From an uncultured delta proteobacterium (GTDB lineage: Bacteria; Desulfobacterota; Desulfobacteria; Desulfobacterales; Desulfatirhabdiaceae), in contig CAWBKP010000010.1 in the NCBI GenBank assembly GCA_963789395.1, positions 32,001 through 96,000 of the forward strand: a stretch of 64,000 nucleotides of DNA, in the 5' to 3' direction. A program made the translations under genes and the position numbers. The notes below the pieces were generated by a model. It had not been told where the DNA came from and searched no databases. It saw only the letters and a list, made by a program, of their open reading frames with translations. Below are positions 33,771-44,971 of the stretch, one piece after another. The first letter of the stretch is position 1. Each line of letters opens with the position of its first letter.

Positions 33771-34495
33771 TCAGCTCAAATCCAGTCGGGCGGCCGCGGC
33801 CTTGTCAGTCAGCCATATAATTTCGCCGATCCGGGGCCGGACAAGCTGGGCAGGCAGCCGGGAAGGATCGTCCGGTTCGGTGAGCACCGCTTTAAGCACG
33901 GAAGCCTTGGTATCCCCGCTGACCAGAAATACCACCAGCCGTGCCCGGTTGATAATCGCGGGCATCAGGGTCACCCGGTGCATCTCCTGCTCTTTCAGAT
34001 AAATCGAAGCCGTCCAGGCGGTTTGATCGTTGAGGATCTCTGTTTGCGGAAAAAGAGAGGCGGTATGCCCGTTTTCGCCCAGTCCCAGCAGGATCAGATC
34101 AAATGCGGGCGGCCCGCCGGAAAAAAAATCATGGAGCAGATCGCGGTATTGTCTGGCGGATTCCGCGGGTTTTTCAAGGCATATCATCGGGTGAATCTGG
34201 TCCGGCGGCACGGAAACATGATCCAGAAGCGCCTCCTGGCCATGCGAGCGTTGCTCCGCCGGTCATCCGCCGGCACGCACCGTTCGTCTCCCCAGAAAAC
34301 ATGGGTCTTGTCCCAGGCGACTTCATCGCGAAAAGGCGGCCCAGCCAATATCTCATAAAGGCGCCGGGGGGTGCTCCCGCCCGACAATGCCACGGCAAAA
34401 CGTCCCTGCCGGGCTACGGAAAGCCGCGCCTGCCGGACAAAAAGCGCTGCCGCTTCCCGGCTGAGCGATTCCGGATCCGGAAAAACGCGGATCAT
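33771..34495 (-). CDS. pgl: 6-phosphogluconolactonase; frameshift near 34230
   Basis: ALSGGSTP, FWGDERCVP, FDLILLGLGENGHTASLFP. Confidence 0.93.
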
Positions 34496-36047
34496 GGACG
34501 CGGCTCCGTGCTGATATGACACACCGCCGCATCATCCTGGCACTGGAGGGAAGTGGGGGTGATCCAGCTGATGCCGTCCCGGGCGATCAACGTGTCGGCA
34601 TCTTCCGGTCCCCAGGTGCCGGCCTGGTAGTTCGGAAAATCGGCGGACCTCACCGAGTTCCAGACATCCAGAATCGGTGCGATAACTGACCAGGCCGCCT
34701 CGGTCTGGTCCTTTCGCAAAAACAGCGTGGCATCCCCTTTCATGATATCGAGGAGCAGCGTCTCATAAGCCTCGGGCGGCACCACTTTAAAGGCTTCCCG
34801 GTAGTAAAACTGCATCATCACCGGGGACAGGTGCATCACTGGGCCTGGCTTTTTGATCTGGAACCTGAGCAGAATGCCTTCTTCCGGCTGGATGGCGATC
34901 AAAAGCCGGTTGGGACGAAGGTCCAGGGTCGCGGATGCCGGAAAAGTCTGATGGGGAACGGGTTTGAATTGAATGGAAATTTCTGAAATTCTGGCCGGCA
35001 GCCGTTTGCCGGTTCTCAGAAAAAACGGGACCCCCTGCCATCGCCAGTTGTCCACATAAAACTTGGCGGCAACGAATGTTTCGGTAAAGGAATCTTCGGC
35101 GATGTCTTCTCGTCATGGTACCCTTTGACATATTCTCCGTTGATTTTTCCCGCGCCATACTGGCCGCGGACGGCGAACTGGGGAACCTGTTCCGGCAGGA
35201 TGGGCCGTATGGCGTGCAGCACGTCCACCTTTTTGTTGCGGATTTCGTTGTCGTTAAAAGAAACCGGCGCTTCCATGGCGATCAGGCAGAGTATCTGCAG
35301 CAGGTGGTTCTGGATCATGTCCCGCAGGGCGCCGGCCTTGTCATAGTACCCGCCCCTGTGGCCGACACCCACCTCTTCGGCCACGGTAATCTGGATGTGA
35401 TCGATATGCTGGCGGTTCCAGACGGGCTCAAAAAGCGTATTGCCGAAACGAAAGGCAAGGATGTTCTGAACGGTTTCCTTGCCCAGGTAATGATCGATGC
35501 GGAAGATCTGCCGCTCCTCGAAAATCTCGGTCAGCAGGCGGTTTAAATTGCGCGCCGACGCCAGATCATGCCCGAAAGGCTTTTCGACGACAAAGCGGAC
35601 CCGTTGCCGGTTTTCATTCAATTTGGCGTCTCCCAGATGCCGGGCCACGGGTTCAATCATGCTCGGGGGAAGGGCCAGGTAGAAAATTCGGTTTACTTCA
35701 GCGCCCCATTTCTTTTCACGGGCCGAGAGCATTTTTCCCAGGTCCTTGTAAATTTTTGCATCGATCAGGTCCACGCGGTTAAAATGGAGGCAAGGCGCGA
35801 AATTTTTCCAGTCTTCGTCTTTAGCCTTTCCCCGGCGGGAAAATTGATTCACGCCGTCCCGCAGATGGTCCCGGAAATTGTCATCATTCATCTCGTCGTT
35901 GCTCATGCCGATAATTTCAAATTTTTCGGGCATCCATCCGCTCAAATACAGGTTGTAGAGTGCCGGAACCAGTTTTCGCCACGTCAGATCGCCCGATGCG
36001 CCGAAAATAACGAAAACAGTCGGATCGCAGCGTTTTTCAACTTCCAT
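34492..36047 (-). CDS. zwf: Glucose-6-phosphate 1-dehydrogenase; frameshift near 35110
   Basis: GASGDL, EKPFG, RIDHYLGKE, RDMIQNH, WQGVPFFLRTGK. Confidence 0.95.
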
Positions 36048-36056
36048 GTAGCCTCC

Positions 36057-37487
36057 TTATGGTTTTCCCCATTTCGTGTGAAAGGTGCCTGCCGCATCCA
36101 CCCGTTCATAGGTATGGGCGCCGAAATAGTCGCGCTGTGCCATGATCAGGTTGGCCGGCAGCCTGCCGCTGCGGAAGGCGTCAAAATAGGACAGGGCCAT
36201 CATCAGACCCGGCATCGGCAGCCCCAGGGTTGCACCGGTGCAGACCACGTATCTCAGTTCGGTTTGCCGGACAACCACGGCCTGGCCCAGATGCCCGTCC
36301 AAAAGCAGATTTTCCAGATCGGGAGCTGATTGATAGGCGGACCGGATGTCTTCCAGCAGGGCCGCCCGGATAATGCACCCGCCTCGCCAGATGCGCGCCA
36401 CGGTTTCGAGGTTCAAGTCATATTCATATGTTTTGGAAGCCTTTGCCAGCAATGCCATGCCCTGGGCATAGGTGACGATCATGGCTGCGTAAAGCGCATT
36501 TTTGACCTGGTGGAGTATATGCTCCCTTTCCCCTTCAAAGCCCGGACTCGGACCCTTGAGCTTGCGGCCGGCTTTTTCACGCTGCTTTTTATATGCGGAC
36601 ATGTCCCGCATCATGACCGCGATGTCGATATTGAAGGCCGGCACCTGAAGGCCCAGGTCCTCCGAGACGGTCCACTCTCCGGTGCCTTTCTGCCGGGCCT
36701 GGTCCTGAATCACGTCGATGAGGGGCTTTCCGGATTTCTCGTCTTTCTGAAGAAATATATCCGCCGTGATCTCGATCAGATAGCTGTTCAACTCTTTTCC
36801 GTTCCAGCGATCGAATACTTCATGCAGTTCATCGGGCTGCATGCCCAGTCCCCGTTTCATCAGGTCGTAGGTCTCGGAAATAAGCTGCATCAGCCCGTAT
36901 TCAATCCCGTTATGCACCATTTTGACATAGTGGCCCGCCGAACCGGGCCCCAGGTATGCCACACAGGGGTCATTGTCCACGCGGGCGGCGGCGGATTCCA
37001 GAATATGGCCGACCCTGTCATAACCCTTGCGGGTGCCGCCCGGCATCAGGCTGGGGCCGCGGCGAGCGCCGCTTTCCCCGCCGGACATGCCCATTCCCAT
37101 GAAGGAAAGCCCCCTGTCTTCAACCCTGCGGATGCGCCGGTTCGTGTCCGTAAAACGGGAGTTGCCGCTGTCGATGACAAGATCCCCGGATTCCAGATGC
37201 GGCAGGAGCTCCTCAATCACCGCGTCCACCGGATCGCCTGCCGGGACAAGCATCATCACGGCCCGGGGCCGGGAGAGCAGTCCGAGAAATTCTTTGATGT
37301 CATGGCCGGTCCGAAGATCCTGATCCCGGGTCCTTTCAAGTGTCAGGGCCTGCATCTTGTCCGTATCCCGGTCATACCCGGCCACTGAAAAACCGTGATC
37401 AGCCATGTTCTGCGCAAAATTGCGCCCCATCACCCCCAACCCGATCAGCCCGATATCGCATTTCCTGTTTTTGTCATGCCCTGCCAT
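36057..37487 (-). CDS. gnd: 6-phosphogluconate dehydrogenase (decarboxylating)
   Basis: GLGVMG, GHYVKMVHNGIEY, QKGTG, QRDYFGAHTY. Confidence 0.96.
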   Translation of the reverse strand: MAGHDKNRKCDIGLIGLGVMGRNFAQNMADHGFSVAGYDRDTDKMQALTLERTRDQDLRTGHDIKEFLGLLSRPRAVMMLVPAGDPVDAVIEELLPHLESGDLVIDSGNSRFTDTNRRIRRVEDRGLSFMGMGMSGGESGARRGPSLMPGGTRKGYDRVGHILESAAARVDNDPCVAYLGPGSAGHYVKMVHNGIEYGLMQLISETYDLMKRGLGMQPDELHEVFDRWNGKELNSYLIEITADIFLQKDEKSGKPLIDVIQDQARQKGTGEWTVSEDLGLQVPAFNIDIAVMMRDMSAYKKQREKAGRKLKGPSPGFEGEREHILHQVKNALYAAMIVTYAQGMALLAKASKTYEYDLNLETVARIWRGGCIIRAALLEDIRSAYQSAPDLENLLLDGHLGQAVVVRQTELRYVVCTGATLGLPMPGLMMALSYFDAFRSGRLPANLIMAQRDYFGAHTYERVDAAGTFHTKWGKP

Positions 37488-37657
37488 GGCTATTTCTCCC
37501 GTTATTTCAGATTATTTTACCGTAAAAACACATCCGCGCCATCATTCCGGCGAACACCGAAATCCAAGTCCCCCCGATCCGCGGGTTTCACGTTCCCGCG
37601 CGTTTGCGCAGATCCTTCCCTCAGAAAGGTCCGGTCACCTATCATGTGCAGGAGGGG

Positions 37658-37744
37658 GATCGCCAGCATCATGAACAGGCACACGCGGATCGTCTCAGCA
37701 ATGCGTCAGATCGCATAGCTGTTCATCCGCCGGAAGATTCTCAG
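37658..37744 (-). pseudogene. Internal relic of a plasma-membrane-type (P3A) H+-ATPase gene
   Basis: LRIFRRMNSYAI*RIAETIRVCLFMMLAI resembles the conserved IFQRMNSYAIYRIAET.RV..F segment, with an in-frame stop. Confidence 0.7.
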
Positions 37745-37800
37745 GCAGTCCGATCCGGTCGATCCCGCCTTCCGCACCGTCTTTTCTTCCGTCGATCGGA

Positions 37801-40346
37801 TCATCGCTGCCACAGGATCCGTGCGTCTTCCAGCGGGATCGAAACACCATCGCAGCAGGGTATCACACGCGCCGTATAGTCCGCCGGCGGGCGGTCCGCG
37901 GACACCGACGCGCTGTAAACGGCAGCTCCCGACGATTCGGCCGGTTGCCGAACACGCTGCATCTCCTGCCGCACCGGTGTTTCGCCGTTTATTCCGTCGG
38001 CATAAAGCTCCACCCGCACCGACCGGGGTCGAGATCATTGAGATAGAGCTGAATCTCATACACATGCTGACTGTCATGGGTCTCCACCTTCACTTCGCCG
38101 AATCGCAGCGCGGCCCATTTCTGTTCCAGGCTGTGCTGCCAATAAACCATTTGCCTGCCTGCAGTCCCATTGTCGGCGGCACGCGAACGGTAGGCGGCGG
38201 CGGACGGAATGTAGTACTGCTCGGTGTATTCGCGCACCGTGCGGTTGGCGGAAAAGCGGGGTGTCAACTGTGCCATGCTCTCCCGCATCCGCTTGATCCA
38301 AGCGGTGGGAATATTGCTCTCGTTCCGGGTATAAAACTCCGGGATCACCTCGCGCTCGAGCAGGTCGTAGAGGGCCTCGGCTTCAGCGGCGTTCCAGGCG
38401 GGATCATCGCCATGCTCCTGGCCGTCCCCCAGGGCCCACCCCACTTCCGGCGTGTAAGCTTCGGCCCACCAGCCGTCCAATTCCGACAGATTGATGCCGC
38501 CATTGACGAGCACCTTCATGCCGCTCGTTCCGCTGGCCTCCCAGGGTCTCAGCGGCGTGTTGATCCAGACGTCCACCCCCTGCACCAGGTGCTCTGTAAG
38601 CAGCATGTCGTAGTCGGCCAGAAAAACGATATGGGGCCGGACCTCCGGCTGGCGGATGAATTTTATCCATTCGCGGATCAGGTCCTTTCCCGCCTGATCC
38701 TCCGGATGGGCCTTTCCGGCGATGATGAGCTGCACCGGACGCTCGGGATTGCTTAACAGGCGCAGCAGCCGCTCCGGGTCGTGCAGCAGCAGGTTCGGCC
38801 GCTTGTAGGTTGCAAAGCGCCGTGCAAAGCCAAGTGTCAACGCATTGGGATCAAACAGATGTTTCGCCCCTTCAACCGCTCCGGGTGACGCGCCGGAGGC
38901 GGCCAGTTGCCGGGTCAATCGATCCCGGGTGAATTCAACCAGGTCGGTGGTGGCGGCAATGCGAAACTGCCAGAGGCCGGCGTCAGAAATGCCGCGAATA
39001 TCCTTCTCCAGGGTTTCCGTCGTTCCCAGCCACCGGTTTTTTTCACAGGCCTTTGTCCAGAGATCGTCGGCCGCGGCCGAGTCCCAGCTCGGCATGTGAA
39101 CACCGTTGGTCACGTGTCCGACGGGCACTTCGTCCGGCGGCCAGTGCGGAAAGAGCGGCTCAAAGAGACGCCGGCTGACCTTGCCGTGCAAGCGGCTCAC
39201 GCCATTCACCGAACCGCTCCCCCGGATTGCCAGATAGGCCATGTTGAAACTTTCCGATGCGTCGTTCGGGTTCCGGCGGCCCAGTGCCAGCAGATCGTGT
39301 CGGGTGATACCGAGTTTCTGCTCGGCATAACCGCCGAGGTACTGCTCGATAAGGGCCGGCGTGAACCGGTCAAAGCCGGCGGCAACTGCCGTGTGGGTGG
39401 TGAAAAGATTTCCCGCCCGCGTGACGGCCAGTGCGACTTCAAATGGCTGCCCGGTCACCTGCATGAAACCGCGGGCGCGTTCCAGCACGGCAAAGGCCGC
39501 GTGCCCTTCATTCAGATGGCAGACTTCCGGCTGTATGCCAAGCGCGCCCAGCAGCCGCCAGCCGCCGATCCCCAGGAGCAGTTCCTGTTTGAGACGCAGC
39601 TCCGGTCCGCCGCCGTAAAGCTCGCTGGTAATCCCGCGATGCGCGGGGAAGTTCGCCGCGTCATTGCTGTCCAGCAGATAGAGTTTTGCTCTGCCGACCT
39701 GGACCTGCCAGGCACGCAGCCAGACCGAGTACCCGGGCAGGGCAACTTCCAGCCGCAGCCACTCCCCGTTTGCCTGGCGCAATGGCGTGATCGGCAACTG
39801 CCCGGGATCGTTATACGGAAAAAGGGCCTGCTGTGCGCCGTCCTTGTCGATCACCTGGCGAAAATACCCTTGCTGGTAAAGCAGCCCCACGCCGACCACC
39901 GGCACGCCCAGATCGCTGGTGGCTTTGAGCTGATCGCCGGCCACATTGCCCAGCCCGCCCGAATAGATGGGCAACGCTTCGCTCAGCATGAATTCCATGC
40001 TGAAATATGCGACAGCGGTCAGGGGGCTCTGCGAATGATTCTGCTGAAACCACGCGGGCGCCGCCAGCGCTTGCTGCCTGGCCTGTACCAGTCCGTCAAC
40101 GTTTTTGCGAAAAACAGGATCGGCCATCATTCGCTCGATCCGGTCACGAGAGACCGTCTGCAGAACAACCCATGGATTATGCGTCGCTTCCCATAGTTCG
40201 GAATCAAGCTGCCGCCACACTTCATCGGCAGCATGATTCCAAGACCAGCGCATATCCAGGGCAAGCTCCGCCAGGGAATCGAACCCCTCGACATCAGCGG
40301 GAATCAGACTGTATATCGGATGGCTGACACGTGTTTGTTTGCTCAT
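37801..40346 (-). CDS. glgP: Alpha-glucan (glycogen) phosphorylase; frameshift near 38020
   Basis: YSGGLG, HLNEGH, ARRFATYKR, EASGTSGMK; C-terminus in ORF 37801..38019. Confidence 0.95.
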
Positions 40347-40466
40347 GGTTACTCCTCCAAATCGGTTCCGGACAGAATCATGACAGCTTCTCAAGCAGCC
40401 ATGAAGACCCATGTAAGACACATTGATTTATTCATTGTTGCTCCTCCTTAACTGAGCGGGTTGCTT

Positions 40467-41603
40467 TCAAGACTCCCTCGTCATGTGCTGCTGTGAATTT
40501 TGCAGCAGGGTCTCCAGCAACTTGTCGAAAGGCTGGTTGAATTTTTCAACACCTTCGTCCTCAAGCTGCCGCGTCACATCGTCAATGCGAATGCCCAGTT
40601 CCGGCAGACGGTCCAGCACCGAGCGTGCTTCCTCGATATTCTGTTCGAGCCTGACTTTCGGATCCCCATGATCACGATAGGCATCAAGGGTTTCCGGCGG
40701 GACCGTGTTCACCGTGTCCGGACCAATGAGGGCCTCGACGTATTTCACGTCACTGTATTCAGGATTCTTGGTGCTCGTGCTGGCCCAGAGCAGTCGCTGG
40801 ACACGAGCCCCCCGGGCAGCCAGCTTCCTGAAGCGGTCGCTCCCGAAGTTTTCCTTGTAAATCTGGTAGGCCATTTTCGCACTGGCAATAGCGACCTGCC
40901 CTTGAACCTTTTTTGCGATCTCAGCCTCCCCGCCTCCCCGTACAATACATTTTTCCAGCAACGGATCCACCAGCGCATCAATACGGCTTAAAAAAAAGCT
41001 GGCCACCGAGGCGACGGGCTTCACCGGTTTTCCCTGGGCCACGCGCGCTTCAATGCCGGCGATATATGCTTCCAGCACTTGCCGGTAACGCGGCAAACCG
41101 AAGAGCAGCGTCACATTGACGCTGATGCCTTCGCTGATAAGCTGCCTGATGGCAGGCAGGCCGTTGACCGTCGCCGGAACTTTGATGAAGACATTGGGAC
41201 GATTCAGTGCGGACCACAGCCTGCGGGCTTCCGCCACTGTCCCGTTGGTATCGTGCGCAAGATGGGGGTTGACCTCCAGGCTGACATACCCGTCTTTGCC
41301 ATCCGTTTTATCGTAGAGCGGCCGGAACTCATCCGCAGCACATTGCACGTCGCGCTGGCTGAGGGTTTCGTAAATTGCCTCCGCTCCCTTCCCTTCAAGT
41401 GCCACGACCCGAATGTCCTCGTCGTAATCGTGACTGCTTGCAATCGCCTTCTGGAAGATGGCCGGATTCGAAGTCATTCCCCGCAGTCCATCCTCCTGGA
41501 TCAGACGCCAGAGATCGCCGCTGGCGATCAGGTCTCGCCGGATGTAATCCAGCCAAATGGACTGCCCGAGTGTTTCCAATTGTTTGAGCGGATTGTTGTT
41601 CAT
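40467..41603 (-). CDS. tal: Transaldolase
   Basis: GQSIWLD, TSNPAIF, IKVPAT, NVTLLF, RLLWAST. Confidence 0.95.
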   Translation of the reverse strand: MNNNPLKQLETLGQSIWLDYIRRDLIASGDLWRLIQEDGLRGMTSNPAIFQKAIASSHDYDEDIRVVALEGKGAEAIYETLSQRDVQCAADEFRPLYDKTDGKDGYVSLEVNPHLAHDTNGTVAEARRLWSALNRPNVFIKVPATVNGLPAIRQLISEGISVNVTLLFGLPRYRQVLEAYIAGIEARVAQGKPVKPVASVASFFLSRIDALVDPLLEKCIVRGGGEAEIAKKVQGQVAIASAKMAYQIYKENFGSDRFRKLAARGARVQRLLWASTSTKNPEYSDVKYVEALIGPDTVNTVPPETLDAYRDHGDPKVRLEQNIEEARSVLDRLPELGIRIDDVTRQLEDEGVEKFNQPFDKLLETLLQNSQQHMTRES

Positions 41604-41690
41604 GATTTTGTCTCCTTGTTTTTCAGTTCCGCCACCTTGGACAACCGGCAATGCTGGCGGCCAATTTCTCTGTAATCGGACGGCAAGAAT
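41600..41690 (-). pseudogene. Possible C-terminal relic of an RpiB-family isomerase gene
   Basis: FLAVR.. / GRQHCRLSKVAELKNKETKS*, ending in an ATGA overlap with tal; resembles the RpiB tail RH.RRLAKVA. Confidence 0.4.
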
Positions 41691-41743
41691 AGCCAGCGGC
41701 TCATCGTTGGGAGCGCCACTGTATCCAGGGATACCTATTTTAA

Positions 41744-41806
41744 TGGATATAAATTATACATCTGAATATTTATTGTGGATACAAATTATACATCTGAATA
41801 TTTATT
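41744..41806. repeat. Tandem duplication of a 31-bp AT-rich unit
   Basis: TGGATATAAATTATACATCTGAATATTTATT at 41744-41774 and TGGATACAAATTATACATCTGAATATTTATT at 41776-41806. Confidence 0.9.
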
Positions 41807-41886
41807 AATGTTGCGCCATGCAATTCTATGATATTGAACCCCTCATTCAAAACCTATCCGCTTCATTGAGCGCCATCTTTTATTAT

Positions 41887-41902
41887 TGCATACTTTGTGC
41901 CA
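41887..41902 (-). promoter_or_regulatory. Sigma54 (-24/-12) promoter upstream of tal
   Basis: Minus strand TGGCACAAAGTATGCA, GG-N10-GC. Confidence 0.7.
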
Positions 41903-42284
41903 GGTTTCTTGACCTGAGCGTCATGTATCCCATCACTCTGATTTATTGGGAATAATCGGATAAAATTGCAATCGTGGAAGCGGCATTGAGAGACATGCAA
42001 AAAGGTTATATTCAACCAGTGGTCATATATGATTTTTTTCGGCAAGTTAAATGTCATGTGCAGAAAAAGACTTGGAAGGAGGATTTGGGGTCTTCGAATG
42101 CCAGGATCAAACTAATGAATACGTTAGACGACGCAGTCGCACCCGGGAAAACGGCCTGACTATGAACGGGGATATGCCATTGATAGAAAGCATTCCGGTG
42201 GATCGGTTTACCTGATTGCTGCCCGAAGCCGCCACCCTCGACCCGACCGACAGGCTCAATCCATCGGAGAGAGTGTGTCTACTT

Positions 42285-43775
42285 TCATCCGCCAGCCAGC
42301 TTGCAGCTTTCGGAGATAGCGTCCGTTTCTCCCGATTCGAGATACAGCAGCCGTGCATCGATATCTGCGAGCAATTTTTCCTGGACACCCTGGCTGAGGA
42401 CCCCATGGTGGAAAGCGTCAATCACCTTGCCTTTTTCAACAAGCAGCAGGTGACGTTGTGCCCACTGTAATTCCTCTGCATGAAATTGCTGCTTATCGAG
42501 ATGCAGTTCGTTAAGCACTGCCCTGTCGCGCTCGATCTTCTGTTCATATCCTCGGCGGAGATCCGCGAGCATTTCCGGATTTGTGAAATGGACGTGCGAC
42601 AAGCGATCGATCTCCTCCAACGCGGCATGGGCTGCCTGCAACTTGCCGCGCGTCAACTCGTATGCGGCTCGTTCCTGGTGTCCGCACACAATTCCCAACC
42701 ATTTCAGCAGGGGCATCATGGACAACCCGTGGACAAGTATCGAAAGAATGACAACTCCGAAAGTCATTGAAACCAGCAATTCCCGATGCGGAAAATCCTT
42801 TGGAAGACTAAGCACCAGCACCATGGACAACCCGCCGCGTAACCCGCCCCAAGTCAGGACAGCGCTCCACGCCCAGGGAATCCGTTCCCGCGTCCTGCGA
42901 AGCAGGGATGAGGCGCCAAAGATGATCAGCGCCCTGCCGCCAGTGACAACGAGATAGGCGACCAGTATCGCCTGCCAGGAGGCCAGCAATGCCTGGAAGT
43001 TGACTTCAAGCCAATCAGAAGAAAAACGATCGAGTTGAGAGCAAATGCGATGTATTCCCAAAATGTCTCGACGGCGATCCGGGTCGATGGCGACATACCG
43101 ACACGGGCGCCATAATTTCCACAGAGCATGCCCGCGGCTACGGTTGCAATCACACCGGAGTAATGGAAATGCTCGGCGGCCAGGAACGAACCGTAGGCGG
43201 CGATCGTTGTCAGCGTAATTTCGATCATCGGGTCATCCACCTGTCTGATGACCTGGGAAACGGCCATACCCATTCCCACCCCGATGAGCGCACCAATACC
43301 GACGATCTTGACAAAATCGAAGGCCAATCCACCGACGGTCACCACCGTCCCATTCACGAACGAAATGCTGAGCATGAAGAACACAATCGCGGTGCCGTCA
43401 TTGAGCAGACTTTCACCTTCGAGCAACACGGACAGACGTTTGGGAACACCCAGACTCTTGAAGATCGAGACGACGGCAATGGGGTCGGTGGCGGAGATGA
43501 TCGCGCCGAAGACCAGCGCGTGTTTCCAGGTGAAATCCTGCACAAAATGCAATGTGTTTGCGACCGGTGTCAGAATCAGGGCCGTCAGCCCAATCGCCGC
43601 CACCATGTGAACATCAGGCCCTTGGTCAAATGGGGCGCATCGATGGCATGCAACAGCCCCAAAAAAGACCAGTGATGACCAGCGCCACCGTATACGGAAC
43701 AGCCAATCGTTGCACCGCAATCGCCACGGCCGTGGCCACAACGAAGAGCAAAATCAAGATGGTTCCCGTTTCCAT
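42285..43775 (-). pseudogene. CPA1-family Na+/H+ antiporter, frameshifted and apparently internally deleted
   Basis: ISATDPIAV, EGESLLNDG, WGGLRG; the N-terminus jumps from APHLTKGLMF to VAAIGLTAL without the usual FLPxLxFEAA helix. Confidence 0.75.
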
Positions 43776-44120
43776 TGCTCTTTATCATCTCCGTTCGTCA
43801 TTTGCAGTGGCATGCACAGAACCTTTTTCCCTGAATTTCAAGCTCGATTCCCTGTTCTTTCTTTCAGGCCGGATCCGTCTGCCTCTCCTTCTCCGGATAC
43901 GGCTGTCAAAGCTCCTCTGCAATGAGGACAAATGAATACTGTGCATTAGAATTTTGTCTCCAAAATTCAATACCGGACACCATCCTTTGTTGCGATCACT
44001 GTATCGTTCAAAGAGGGACTATCGGGGAAGGATGCAAATAAACGTCCCTGCAGTGTGCACAAAGCATCGCGGCATGCATTTGCTGCAATAAAATTGGTGG
44101 TCAAGCAAGCAGAATCTGGA

Positions 44121-44951
44121 TCAGACGCCCTGCAGCACATCGATCATGGAAAAAACTTTGCCCTGAATGCCTTGGCAGACTTTGCCGTGCAGATAGACGA
44201 CTGCATCCAGTGTCCCCTGGGCATAGATATCCCGTCCATTGACATTATGGGTGAATTCAAAGGAGACGGTCTGATCCGCGGAAGTCAGGGTGTAGGTATG
44301 CCACCCGTGACCGCCGATATAGGCTTCTGGGATCCCCCAGTCTTTTCGCTGGATATCCGGATTTCGCTCCATCTGGATATCTTTTTCCGTGAAGGGAACT
44401 CCCATCCGGTTAAAATACCCCACAATGGCCTTTGCTGTTCCGCTGGTGTCCGCCTTGCCGTTTTGATGGCTTTCCCGAACCTTCAGGCTGTATCCTTTAT
44501 ACAGGTCCGGAAAATTGGCAGCACCATATTCCAGCATGGCCTGAAGCCCGACAATCTGTTTGGCCATGTTGGGCGCAATAACTGCTGCAGTCGCTGAAGA
44601 TGTGACCGTATTCTCAAGAACTTTTCGGTCCCCTCCGGTTGTTCCCATGACAAACGGCAGATGATACCGAACATAAAACATTGCATTGGCATTTACCGCG
44701 GAGGGGTGGGTATAATCCACCATGATGATACCGGGATAATTTTGAACAATATCACCGATTGCCGTATCCCGGTCATCCGGATGCAGCAACCGGATCAAAA
44801 CGTTTCCCAGATTAAATTCTGAATACGGAATATCAGCTCCGGTCAAAGAAAACGGAATCAAATCAAGACGGTTATCGTTAACCACATGACGAGCCACAGT
44901 CGCCGCCATATTCCCGGGCATGCCATTTACCATCACACGAATTGGATTCAT
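44121..44951 (-). CDS. dapB: Dihydrodipicolinate reductase
   Basis: NGMPGNM, VDYTHP, MGTTG, APNM, ESHQNGKADTSGTA. Confidence 0.9.
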   Translation of the reverse strand: MNPIRVMVNGMPGNMAATVARHVVNDNRLDLIPFSLTGADIPYSEFNLGNVLIRLLHPDDRDTAIGDIVQNYPGIIMVDYTHPSAVNANAMFYVRYHLPFVMGTTGGDRKVLENTVTSSATAAVIAPNMAKQIVGLQAMLEYGAANFPDLYKGYSLKVRESHQNGKADTSGTAKAIVGYFNRMGVPFTEKDIQMERNPDIQRKDWGIPEAYIGGHGWHTYTLTSADQTVSFEFTHNVNGRDIYAQGTLDAVVYLHGKVCQGIQGKVFSMIDVLQGV

Positions 44952-44971
44952 TGGAATTCCTCCCTGATTTA

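Noticed and set aside
38907..40196. 429-aa plus-strand ORF and similar long antisense ORFs over gnd, trpD, rluD and hppA
   Set aside because: Shadows of well-supported genes on the opposite strand
41744..41806. Possible CRISPR array
   Set aside because: Only two units, separated by 1 nt, with no spacers and no cas genes
43785..43970. Small ORF upstream of the antiporter
   Set aside because: No recognisable motif or convincing start signal
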